Assembly (NCBI GenBank): GCA_951406725.2
Contig: OX597827.1
Span: forward strand, 37,944,001-38,008,000
Direction of reading: 5' to 3'
Length of the DNA stretch: 64,000 nt
From: Octopus vulgaris
Lineage: Eukaryota
Shown: positions 38,057 through 49,133 of the stretch, piece after piece
How positions within the stretch are numbered: the stretch's first letter is position 1
Layout: the number at the start of each line of letters is the position of its first letter
Translations under genes and position numbers: made by a program
The notes under the pieces: generated by a model
The model's database searches: none
Told to the model about the DNA's origin: nothing
Seen by the model: only the letters and a program-made list of their open reading frames with translations

Positions 38057-38806
38057 ATGGCTGCATCAGGTTTGCCTTCATTCACAGGGGATGCGGGTCT
38101 GTGGCTTGCCCATGTGGAGTCGCATTTTGCCGCACATGCCGTTCCTCCACAGCAGCAGTTGCATCTGCTATATTCGAGTTTGCCTTCCCGACTCGCCACA
38201 TCGGTCAGGGATCTCATAATGAGTCCCCACCCTGACGCCACATACGCGCCAGTAAAAGCTGAAATCCTCCGCCGCAACACGCGGTCGGAGGAGAGTCAAT
38301 TTAATGAGCTGATGGCCGACGAACAGTTGGGGGACAGGACTCCATCCCAGTTCCTGCACCACCTAAGGGAGCTAAGCGGGAACGCAGCAGACGCACCACT
38401 CTTGCGGAAGATTTTCTTCTCCAGGTTGCCTGCCCACGTGCAGACAATGTTGGCCACGGCACTGGAGTCTGTGTCAGTAGACCAGATTGCCACGATGGCC
38501 GATAAAATATTAGAATTTTCGGGACCATCTCCATCGCGAGGCCTGTACGCATGTACAGAGCCCCCTCCGACATTTTCTCCGACGCAAAATTCTCTAGCCG
38601 AGAGGATCGATGCACTTACGCAGTGAATCAATGATCTGTGGCGTGCGATCGGGCGCCGACCTCGCAGTCGTAGTCGCAGTGGCTCTGTTTCTCGTAGTCG
38701 GAGTGACTCTGTTTCTCGTTCCGGCTGGTGCTGGTACCATTCCAAGTATGCCGAAAAGGCAGAACGGTGTACCCAGCCGTGCACTTTCCAGCCCTCGGGA
38801 AACTAA
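38057..38806 (+). pseudogene. gag: Gypsy gag with one premature stop (38624-38626)
   Basis: LPSFTGDAGLWLAHVESHF, LGDRTPSQFL, FFSRLP; same frame continues into an RS-rich tract and CWYHSKYAEKAERCTQPC knuckle, ending G GGA AAC TAA. Confidence 0.88.
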
Positions 38807-41800
38807 ATCAGGAGGAGGTGAGCACGTCACCTTCTTCTTTCTCGTTTCCCAAAAATCGTGCGTTCTTTGTAAAAGATCTTGTGTCGAAGAAATTCTTCAT
38901 GGTGGACACTGGCTCTTGTTGCAGCATCTGGCCCCTTCGTCTGACTGCAGACAAGCCCAAGCGCTCTTCAATTGTCTTGCATGCCATTGACTCGTCTCCC
39001 ATAACCACCTTCGGTCAGATTTCGCTGCGCCTCGACATCAACCTTCGTCGAGATTTTCAATGGGTTTTCGTCATCGCTGACATCCCGCATCCTATTCTCG
39101 GCGCTGATTTCTTGGATAGATTTAATCTATTGGTGGATGTCAGGCGTCGGAGGCTTCTTAACAGCACGACGTCGCTCTCGACGCCGACTGGGAGTTCCAC
39201 CAATGCGGTCCTTAGCCCGACATTCTTTGTTGCCACCTCTGGAGACGTTTTTCACTCTCTTTTGGCTTCATTTCCGGAGCTATTGGATATTGCCTTTCAA
39301 CCGGAAAAGCCTACCCACTCGACCCTTCATTTTATCACCACCACTGGGCCGCCTGTTTTTTCGCGCCCACGGCGCCTTGCGCCTGACCGTCTAAAACGGC
39401 TAGGGCGAGTTTGAGCACATGCTTCAACTTGGCCTTATACGCCCCTCCACCAGCCCATGGGCGTCTCCCCTTCATTTGGCGCGAAAGGGCGAGTCTGATT
39501 TTCGCCCGGTAGGAGACTATCGACGCCTCAATGCCGTAACAATAGCCGACAGGTATCCAATCAGAATTATACAGGACTTTACGGCAAATCTCCATGGTTG
39601 TACCATTTTTTCGAAGGTCGACCTTATACGCGCGTACCATCAAATACCGGTCAACCCAGCTGACGTTCCGAAAACTGCGATCACTACCCCTTTTGGGTGT
39701 TTTGAGTTTTTGTATATGAGTTTCGGTTTGCGGAATGCTACCAGCACTTTCCAGCGTTTCATTGATGAGGTTGTCCGCGGTCTTGATTTTGTGTTTGCCA
39801 ATGTCGATGATATACTCATTCCGAGCGACACACGTGAAAATCATCTCCAGCACCTTTCTCAGTTTTTTCAGCGTCTTCGCGCTTATAGTATACGTATAAA
39901 TCCCGACAAGTGTGTTTTCGGACGCTCTTCTCTAGATTTTCTAGGCCATCATATTGATTCGAGTGGAATCAGCCCTCTGTCGTCAAAGGTCGATGCCATT
40001 CAACGCATCGCACCCCCCACTTCCTTGCGCCAGCTCAGGCATTATCTAGGGATGATCAATTTTTACAGACGTTTTATTCCAGGTTGTGCAGATAAGCTAC
40101 TTCCTCTCACCAGGCTATTAAAGGACACTCTTAGAAAGGACGGTCAAGTCACCCTCTCTGTTGAGGCACTGACAGCCTTTGAGTCCAGTAAGGAGCTGGA
40201 TTCTGTTTCTTTGCTTGCACATCCGGTTCCTGGTGCTTCTCTCTCTTTGACTGTAGACGTATCGGACACTGCGATTGGCGCTGTGTTACAACATACAGTG
40301 GATGATCATATTCGACCTCTGGCTTTCTTTTCCCGCCAACTGCAACTAGCTGAACGACGATACAGCACCTTTGATCGTGAGCTCCTAGCAATCTATCTAT
40401 CGGTTCATCATTTCCAGCATCAACTTGAAGGGCGAGATTTTGTGATCTATACGGATCACAAGCCCCTTACGTTTGCCCTGTGTTCAAAAACGGACAAACT
40501 CTCACCTCGTGCTTTCCGGCACCTGGATTTTATCTCTCAATTTACTAGTAACATTCGACACATACCTGGAAAAGAGAACGTTCCTGCTGACGCTCTCTCT
40601 CGCCTTCTAGTCTGCGCCCTTTCGTCTCCTGCTGCTATCGACTTAAGTGCCATCTCGCAGGAGCAGCCACCTTTGGCGTCGTTAGACTTAACTTCTCCCA
40701 AGTTCTCCTGTTACCAGTTTTTCTACCCTCTGCTTCTGTCGGCCGAAGGCACCATTCTCGGTGATACTTCCACTGGTTCTCCCAGGCCACTCGTGCCTGA
40801 GAATCATCAACGCTCAGTGTTTGAAGCACTGCACTCCTTATCACATCCTGGCATCGCTGCCACCCTTAAGCTGATCACTGCTCGGTTTTTCTGGCCGAAT
40901 ATGCGTTGCACTATTACTTCTTGGACACGCACCTGCTCCAAGTGTCAACGGTCCAAGATTCAACGGCACGTTCGTGCCCCGCTTGGACATTCCCCCCTAC
41001 GGAGGCCCGTTTTCGCCATGTCCACATCGATCTGGTTGGACCATGGCCTGAGAGTCGAGAGTTTTCTTATCTGTTAACTTGTGTCGATCGTTTCTCCCGC
41101 TGGACAGAAGCCATTCCGATAGCAGACATTTCTACTGAGACTGTTGCGCGAGGCTTCGTTTCGAACTGGATTTCCCATTTCGGAGTTCCGTCCAGATTGA
41201 CTACAGATTGTGGACGTCAGTTTGAAGCTTCGCTATTTCGCGAATTGTCGCGCATTTTAGGTGTGCATCATATCCACACTACCAGCTATCATCCAGCGTC
41301 TAATGGATTAGTTGAACGGTTCCATAGACAGCTCAAGGCCGCTCTTCGTGCCTCTTCAGATCCACAGTCCTGGATTGAATTTCTGCCAATTGTGCTTCTC
41401 GGTTGTCGCACTGCTGTCAAGGCAGACCTGGGGTTTTCTTCTGCAGAGCTACTGTATGGTACCACTCTGGCATTGCCTGGTACGATGTTGGTGCCAGACA
41501 CTTCCCAGCCCCATGATCCGGCGACCTATGTCGCCAGACTGCGTTCCTATTTTTCGAATCTTCCACCCATGGTTCCCAGGAAACAATCTCCACCATCCCA
41601 TCTCTCACCGGATATGGACACTTGGTCGCATGTTTTTGTTCGGAACGACTCTGTCAAGGGACCACTTGTTTCTCCTTATAAAAGACCTTTCCGTGTGCTT
41701 TCTCGAACACCTAAGGTTTTCACCATTGAAATAAATGGTCATTCGGAGACTGTTTCCGTGGACCGACTGAAGAAAGCATACTTTGAGGCGTCTTCATCTT

Positions 41801-42009
41801 TTGATGACAACGTTGCCACACCCACCTATGCACCTTTAACAACACCTTCACCTGCACAAACACATTCACCTGCACAGACACCTTTGCCTTCACCGGCTCC
41901 CACAACACCACCTTCGCCGTCAACGGGTGCCCCGAGCACACCGTATGTTACAAGATCGGGCAGCACAGTGCATTGGCCAAAGAAACTCTCAAAGACAATT
42001 TATATTTGA
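38797..42009 (+). pseudogene. pol: Gypsy pol (protease, RT, RNase H, integrase) with frameshifts near 39408 and 40990
   Basis: VDTGS protease; SPWASP, DYRRLN, FGLRNA, NVDD (Y to N) RT; FFSRQL, RELLA, TDHKPL RNase H; HHCC, HIDLVGP, NGLVERFH integrase. Confidence 0.93.
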
Positions 42010-42147
42010 CTTTCTTTCTTTCAAATTTCTTGTTTTTTGTATTATATTGTGTACCAAATCTTCTGGGGGATCGGCAAGCCGTCTGTTTTTCTGCAGCACC
42101 ACTACAAATTTTCTTGTTTTCGTACTTCCGCACTCGAGGGGTAGCCA

Positions 42148-42579
42148 TGTAGTGATGCTGCTGTGTATGGTTCAGCGCGCATGCGCAGAATGGGATTACT
42201 TCCGGGTGGCCACCGGAAGTCTTCCCCATGCACATGTGCGGGAAACTGACCCCTAAAACACCGTCCACTCACTCAGTCTCTCTGGCCCTGGCAGCCCTCG
42301 TGAACAGACGCGCATTGGCAGTCTCTGAGAACTATGCACCGACTTAGCAGCGGACCACATCGAACCACTTCGACCAGCCAACAAGAAGCAGTACAACAGA
42401 TTCGGCTGTCGGTCCCCCTCAGAGATACGTACACCAGATCTACACTATCACGAGTAATAAAACAACATTTGCTGTCTTTCCCAGATAACCTGACTTCGTC
42501 TGTTATATTTAACTAAATTGAATGTGACGGGATCGGATCGGACACCCCTTCAGTGATACCGATTCCAGATCCTGTTACA
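42148..42579 (+). repeat. 3' LTR of nested Gypsy element
   Basis: Direct repeat of 37239-37670. Confidence 0.97.
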
Positions 42580-45500
42580 GCTTCTTTTCCAGAGCTACTT
42601 GATATTACCTTTAAAATGGCAAAACCCGTACACTCGACACTCCATTTTATTACAACTACTGGGCCGCCTGTTTTTTCGCGCCTACGGCGTCTTGCACCTG
42701 ACCGTCTTAAAACGGCTAGGGCTGAGTTTGAGCATATGCCCCAGCTTGGTCTGATACGCCCATCCCCCAGTCCATGGGCTTCACCCCTTCATTTAGTTCG
42801 AAAAGGGGATACAGATTTTCGTCCGGTGGGAGATTATCCGCGTCTAAATTCAGGACAGATATCCAATTATGAATCTCAATGACTTTTCAGCAAATCTCCA
42901 TGGCTGTACCATTTTTTCTAAGGTTGACCTCATACGTGCTTATCATCAAATACCGGTCAACCCAGACGATGTTCCTAAAACGGCAATTACCACTCCTTTC
43001 GGTTGTTTCGAATTTCTATACATGAGTTTTGGTTTGCGGAACGCCTGTAGTACGCTCCAACGTTTTATAGATGAAGTTGTTCGTGGACTTGATTTTGTTT
43101 TCGCGTATGTCGATGATATTCTCATCGAAAGTGATACACATGAAAATCATCTCCAGCACTTGTCTAAGCTTTTTCAGCGTCTTCGCGACTATGGTGTTCG
43201 CATTAATCCAGACAAGTTTTTTGGGGGGCAATCATCTCTTGATTTTCTCGGTCATTATATTGATTCGAGTAGAATCAAACCACTCTCGTCTAAAGTCGAT
43301 GCAATTCAGCGCATCGCACCACCTTCTTCTTTGCGTCAACTTCGCCATTTTTTGGGTATAGTTAATTTCTATCGACACTTCATAAACCGGTGTGCGGACA
43401 AGTTGTTTCCTTTAACGCAGATGCTAAAGGGCAATTCTAAAAAGGACGCCCGTCTTACTCTTTCAGCTGAAGCACTGTCTGCCTTTGAGTTAGTTAAAAA
43501 GGAACTAGCTTCAGTTCCTGTTTTAGCACATCCGGCTCCTGATGCTCCACTTACTTTATCTGTGGACGCATCAGATTCTGCAGTTGGCGCTGTCTTGCAG
43601 CACACCATAGATGGTGAAACTAAACCTTTGGCTTTCTTTTCTTGCCAGCTAATTGGATTTCTAGGTATGGTGTACCGTCCAGTTTAACCACAGATCGTGG
43701 TCGAGAATTCGAAGCGGTTTTATTTCGTGAGTAATCACGAATCCTGGGATGTATCATATACGCACCACTAGTTACCATCCCGCTTCTAATGGGATGGTGG
43801 AGCGTTTCCACAGGCAACTTAAGGCCGCGTTGCGTGCCTCGCCGAATCCACAGTCGTGGACTGAATTTCTTCCTATCGTCCTGCTTGAATGTCGGACAGC
43901 GATTAAAACAGACCTTGGTTTTTCTTCTGCCGAGCTCTTGTATGGTACCACTCTGGCATTGCCTGGTACGATGTTGGTGCCAGACAAGTCACAGTTTCTT
44001 AATTTAGAGTCTTATGTTGCTCGACTACGCAGATATTTTTCTGCCCTTCCTCCTATGGGCCCTCGACACCAAAATCCTCCTTCTAATGTGCCATCAGATC
44101 TTGATTCTTGGACGCATGTTTTTGTTCGTGATGATTCTGTCAAAGGACCTCTTGTTTCTCCTTATAAAGGACCTTTTCGTGTGATTTCCCGCACGCCGAA
44201 AGTGTTTAAACTTGACATTAACGGTCGTAGATCGTCTTAAAAGGGCATATTTTGAGGTGTCCACATCTTTTGATGACCCCACTTCCACAACCATCGTTGA
44301 ACCTTCACATGCACCTTTGACAACACCACCATTCACACATGCACCTTTGACAACACCACCATTTACACATGCACCTTTATCAACACCAACATCGTCGTCG
44401 CAGCCCGCATCGAACAAACCTTATGTTACGAGGTCAGGCAGAACTGTTCACTGGCCAAAGAAACTTTCAAAGACGATTTATATTTAACATTCTCAATTGA
44501 CTTCCCAGTGACAGTTACGATACTAATTGAATTTTGTTCATTTGAGTATTATTTTTTCTTTTCTTTTGCTGCATGCTTGTTTATATTATGGATTTTTTTT
44601 TGTTTTAATTTGTCATATTGTGTGCCATTTTGGTGATTTGGTATCCACCTTATATTCTGAAGCCACTACAGGGAATTTTGTTTCGTGCTTCCGCACTCGA
44701 GGGGGAGCCTTTGTAGTGACGTCATATTCCAGTGTGCGCACACGCAACATCATTCTTCAGTGTGCGTGTGCGGAACATCCTTCTTCAGTGTGCTTGTGCG
44801 GGATTGGAACCTTCTGGAAAGGCATAAGGAAGTTCCCTCATGCACATGCGCTAGAGACAATAAGAAATTCTATCGCGTTCCTTAATAGCGTCGGGGACTT
44901 GAGACACGGCGATAGAAGATAAAGGACGTATTTTTAAACGTTTGATCAGCCTATTCTCCTATCCCAGACACTTAGGATTTAACCTGTTCTATTGCTGCTG
45001 AATTGTTGTCAGAAGCTTTTACAAACGTTAGAATTCAGCCTTGCTGTGTTGAACTAGGTGGATACTAGTTATACCATCGTGTTCCATTGTTGAAACAGAG
45101 AATAAAGAATTGTATATATTTTTAAACTTGCGTTTCGTTCCTGACTGGTAGTTTCTAGAAACAAAAGAAAGGAAATTGTGTTGCACCCAAGTTGCACCCC
45201 AAAAGTGTAAAGAAGCAACCAGTTCCCTTTACAGATCTATACAAACTAAAAATGTGTGAACTAGCTAACAGCGAATGAAGTCTAGATTAGGATTCTGCAG
45301 TGTGAATATTTTTACATCTGTTTAGTTGACTTTTGGGGGTTGAGAGTGGACACCAGTCCTCTCCTCAATTTAGCACGCTTTTTATCAGTGAACAGGTCTT
45401 AATCGCAATCCATGGGTCCACTGTTGTTATAGTTGTGTAATATCTTTAGTCAGTATTTAAAACTAATCTTAAATAATTTACTTCCATAAAACGAAAGATC

Positions 45501-46836
45501 ACCAGCATCTGTGTTAAACCAAAACAAGTTAAAAAATTGATCCAATTAGCACTGTTGACTTCTTATTTATGTGTTATTGTTTACACAAATTCCGACTTTT
45601 TACACTCTACTTTCAAATTCTGTTGAGGTGAGTTTTAGTTATCCACCTCCGGGGTTGGTCGATGAAATAAGTACCAGCGAAGGTATCGATTAACCCCTTT
45701 TCCCTCAAAATTGCTAGCCTTGAACCTACATTTAGTATGTATATTACCGTTAATGTACAGAACGGTTTAGCCCCTGTCAAGGCATTCCATCTCGTCTTCA
45801 ATTCGGTGTTTCTATGATTATATTACCTTGTGTAGCCTTCCTGTTTGAAGACAGTAGAGATATTTGACGGAGATTTGACTGGTAACCAGACTAATGAATC
45901 CTTGGCATCGAGGGAAAAAATGTTTCCAGGTCTGTGGATGGCAGAAATTAAATTCAAATCTTGCTTCCCCCCCCCCATCCTTTGATTCTGTTGGGGGTGG
46001 GGTAATAAAAGACATTCTATGTGAACTGAGACTAAACAACCACCAGGTTGAAACCCAAAGCACAAGTGCCAACATGAACTATTGTTTTTAAAATCTGATT
46101 GTCATACCAAGAATGTTTAGTTGATGACAATAGGCAATCAGTTACAGGCTGTCACCATCATCAATTTAGTTTTAAAGACCCACTCCAAATAACGTCTTTT
46201 GTATAAGCTAACAATATTCACTGTCAGTTGTCTTTATGAATTTTGCCCTTGTTAATTCTGATGTCTGTAATTCATTTAGCTATGTCATCTTACAAATAAT
46301 GTTTTCAATTTTATTTGTTATAATTTAAAATTTTCCAGTGTCATTTAATTTTCTGTTATTTACTTAATCTTATATAGATCTGATATCATCAGCCTTTTCT
46401 CATTCTTTCAGGGTATATAGAACAAAAAGAATTTATAAATTCTTTCATTCTTGTGTGGTGAAATTATTCGAGCTTGGTTCTACAATTTGTGAACCTACTT
46501 GTTAGTTTCTACTTAGTTTATACAACTCTCCTTATGTCCATTTTTAATGTTTTTCTGCTTCCAGATAAGGTTGGAAGAAAGGTGCATTGCTCCAAACACT
46601 ACAAGAACAAGATAAGAATTCTCAACTCTCTGGCCCCAAAAGTTGTCATTATCTGTCCACTGGATCATTGCAGCTTCCCTCAAACATGTTTATCCTTTGA
46701 AAGATACAGTACAGCTTGTAGTATGCTGGTAAGAGCTAAGCAGTCTGAAAAACACGCCCTGTATTTAGACACCCACACATTTCCCGTTTTATTTCTAGGA
46801 AACCGTTAACTGTTGCAGATATTGTTCTATTTTTAG

Positions 46837-46982
46837 ATGACATCAGTGTTAGTTGCTGGCCTCTTAAGACGCCCGACCAGTATTTTAAATACACTCAAGC
46901 CTGCTTGCTGCTTAGATAATTTTATCGTCATGCCTTTCTATGCTGTGAAAAAAGGACATGCACCCGGGGTATATGAGACATG
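46837..46982 (+). CDS. RNASEH1: Ribonuclease H1 first coding exon (second copy or displaced exon), putative mitochondrial leader plus HBD start
   Basis: MTSVLVAGLLRRPTSILNTLKPACCLDNFIV-MPFYAVKKGHAPGVYET(W) TG|gtgaga; FYAVxxGxxxGVxxxW is the HBD N-terminal motif; phase-2 end fits exon 2 at 2294 (TG+G = Trp). Confidence 0.9.
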
Positions 46983-47145
46983 GTGAGACAATATTATTAT
47001 TAATAATTATTTGCACATAATTTGCCATTAATAGCCGACGAGAATGTATCGTAGCTCTCCACTCCGATATTCGAAACTTTGAGTACTATAATGACAACCT
47101 TTTACTGTTTGTTCTAAATTATAATATATATATATATATATAATT

Positions 47146-47234
47146 GGGCTTAGTAAAATAAATTACTTTGCCACATACTGAACTCATTAGAAATAGCAGC
47201 TAAAAAAACTTTTTTAAAACTATTTCTAATACTT
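47146..47234 (+). repeat. Fragment of the 565-bp array unit, next to a (TA)n tract
   Basis: gggcttagtaaaataaattactttgccacatactgaactcattagaaatag...ctatttctaatactt matches 55181-55269. Confidence 0.85.
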
Positions 47235-47469
47235 TCAAAACCTTTGCGGTTTCATTTATTATTTATATCCCATAAACGTGTAAATAATGAAATTATGCTT
47301 GGCATTATTCTGACTTTTGGCGGACTTTTCCAAAACTCAGTCGGACTTTACTGCCACTTAAACACCGGTAGATTTCCGAAACAACGGAGATCAACAGGCG
47401 AGTGAAGTGGTGTCGAGATTCCATTTGTTTTCTAGTCTGTCAAATTTTCTTATACTGATGGTAAAAGAC

Positions 47470-47780
47470 CAGCGCATGGCTCAGTGGTTAGAGCGTCGAG
47501 CTTACGATCGTGAGGTTGTGAGCTCGAATCTCGGACCGAGCTGCGTGTTGTGTTCTCGTGCAAGGCACTTTATTTCACGTTGCTCCAGTTCACTCAGCTG
47601 TAGAAATGAGTTGCGACGTCACTGGTGCCAAGCTGTATCGACCTTTGTCTTTCTCTTGGATAACACTGGTGGCGTGGAGAGGGGAGGCTGGTATGCATGG
47701 GCGACTGCTGGCCTTCCATAAAAACAACCTTGCCCAGACTTGTGTCTAGGAGGGTAACTTTCTAGGTGCAATCCCATGAT
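47470..47780 (+). mobile_element. tRNA-derived SINE of a second family
   Basis: A-box TGGCTCAGTGG, B-box-like GCTCGAATC, followed by tgtgttctcgtgcaaggcactttatttcac body. Confidence 0.75.
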
Positions 47781-47782
47781 TT

Positions 47783-48573
47783 TCTTCACCCGTTAGCCAA
47801 AAAAAAAAAAACTCACCTGCTGGGTGTTAACAACTGTGTAGAAAACGAATATGAGAAAAAAAAAATTTGCGCAAACGAACCGGCGGGTGGGGACAGGACT
47901 TTCGGAAAATTCACAAGATCCGATTTTTCGTCAACTTTGGGGAAAATGTATATATATTGATTTTTTTTTTTACTAGATCCAGTCCCATATTTTTGGTTAT
48001 GGAGGATCCGATTCTGAAATTTTTTTTTTTTCAAAACTTCAATTCAGACAAAACAACCGTTAATTTTCAGTGGGGAACTTTGGGTCGCAGTTTTTCATAA
48101 AAATTTGAATTTGTGTTTATTTTTTCCATATTCTTCATCTCCGTACTTTCCCACATAGATTGATTGAAAAAAAACTTTAATTTCATATTACTGCGGGAAA
48201 TTAATCTGAAAGAAATTTTTACAGGAAGGCGAGTGGATCGATTATATATTTCTTTCATTATGTTACCGAAGTTTTGTGAGATTTGGCTCTTATTTCTAGC
48301 ATGCTTGAAGGCCAAGGCCGGAGAATAGAGATTTTGAAAATGCGATTTTTGAAATTTTCTTTGCAGAATCGGATCCTCCATAACCAAAAATAAAACCGTA
48401 AAAAAAAAATCGAAATATATATCTATTTTCCCGAAAGTTATGATGGAAAAATCAGATCTTGTGAATTTTCCGAAAGTGCTCTCCCCCACACCCTTGATCA
48501 TTTGCACAATTTTTTTTCTCATATTCGTTTTCTACACAGTTGGTTTATTTTTGTTTTTGTTAACGGGTGAAGA
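47783..48573. mobile_element. Non-autonomous DNA transposon/MITE with long imperfect inverted arms
   Basis: Outer IR tcttcacccgtta / taacgggtgaaga; inner arms about 47831-48015 and 48364-48542; TSD not resolved. Confidence 0.8.
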
Positions 48574-49133
48574 TCTTTATATTAACACTTTTATGTGTCC
48601 TTACACTGATGGACACCCTCTATTCTCCAATATAGTACTATGTAAGATTCTTTTGTTACATGCCTGGTCCTTTTACTGTTCTTGCCAGTTGGTTTTCTTA
48701 CTGTTGTCGACAGAACAAATTTCAGAATATTCAGTGTTACCTACCAACTATATTTTGCAACTATTGTTATTGAAACCACTGGTATTTGTGAGCAAATAAC
48801 AAAAAGGGAAAAAATAATAAATCCTGGAAACCCTTATTCTAATTACAAAGCACATGGCTCTGTGAAAACCCTTTACCAAATTACATTGTTGCAGACAATT
48901 CTGTTACAGTCTCGTCTCCGCTATCATTTGAAATGCCCCTTTTGTTAAAAACAAAATTACTATGCACGTATATTTTATGCCAACTGTTCATATATGACAA
49001 TGGAATTATTTTAAACATTTAGGCTGCAGTGACGAGTGGTTATTTACCTAAATTTAGGGATAAGTTAGTTAAAAGTTAGCTCTACAACAACGTGGGCTCG
49101 GAGTTTATACATAAAACCTTAAATTTTCAAAAA

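Larger units (their letters stand above)
37239..42579 (+). mobile_element. Full-length Ty3/Gypsy LTR retrotransposon, nested, 4-bp TSD GCTT
   Basis: Two 432-bp TG...CA LTRs; GCTT at 37235-37238 and 42580-42583; PBS TGGTGACCCCGA at 37673 (complementary to tRNA-Trp 3' end); PPT before 42148; gag-PR-RT-RH-IN order. Confidence 0.97.
36940..45233 (+). mobile_element. Older, 5'-truncated Ty3/Gypsy LTR retrotransposon (pieces 36940-37238 and 42580-45233) hosting a nested element
   Basis: Protease-region peptide HAIDSSPIATFG...ILGADFL resumes after the insert as ASFPELLD; RT with YVDD (42869-43687); integrase C-terminus to 44487; PPT gagggggagcc; 3' LTR TGTAGTGA 44712 to about 45233 (TTACA, end approximate). 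Confidence 0.88.

Noticed and set aside
46837-46982. Trans-splicing or exon scrambling to join this exon to exon 2 at 2294
   Set aside because: The truncated COMMD4 and MRPL9 between them are explained more simply by tandem duplication or mis-assembly
47470-47545. tRNA gene
   Set aside because: A/B boxes are present but the acceptor stem does not close and the sequence continues into a SINE body
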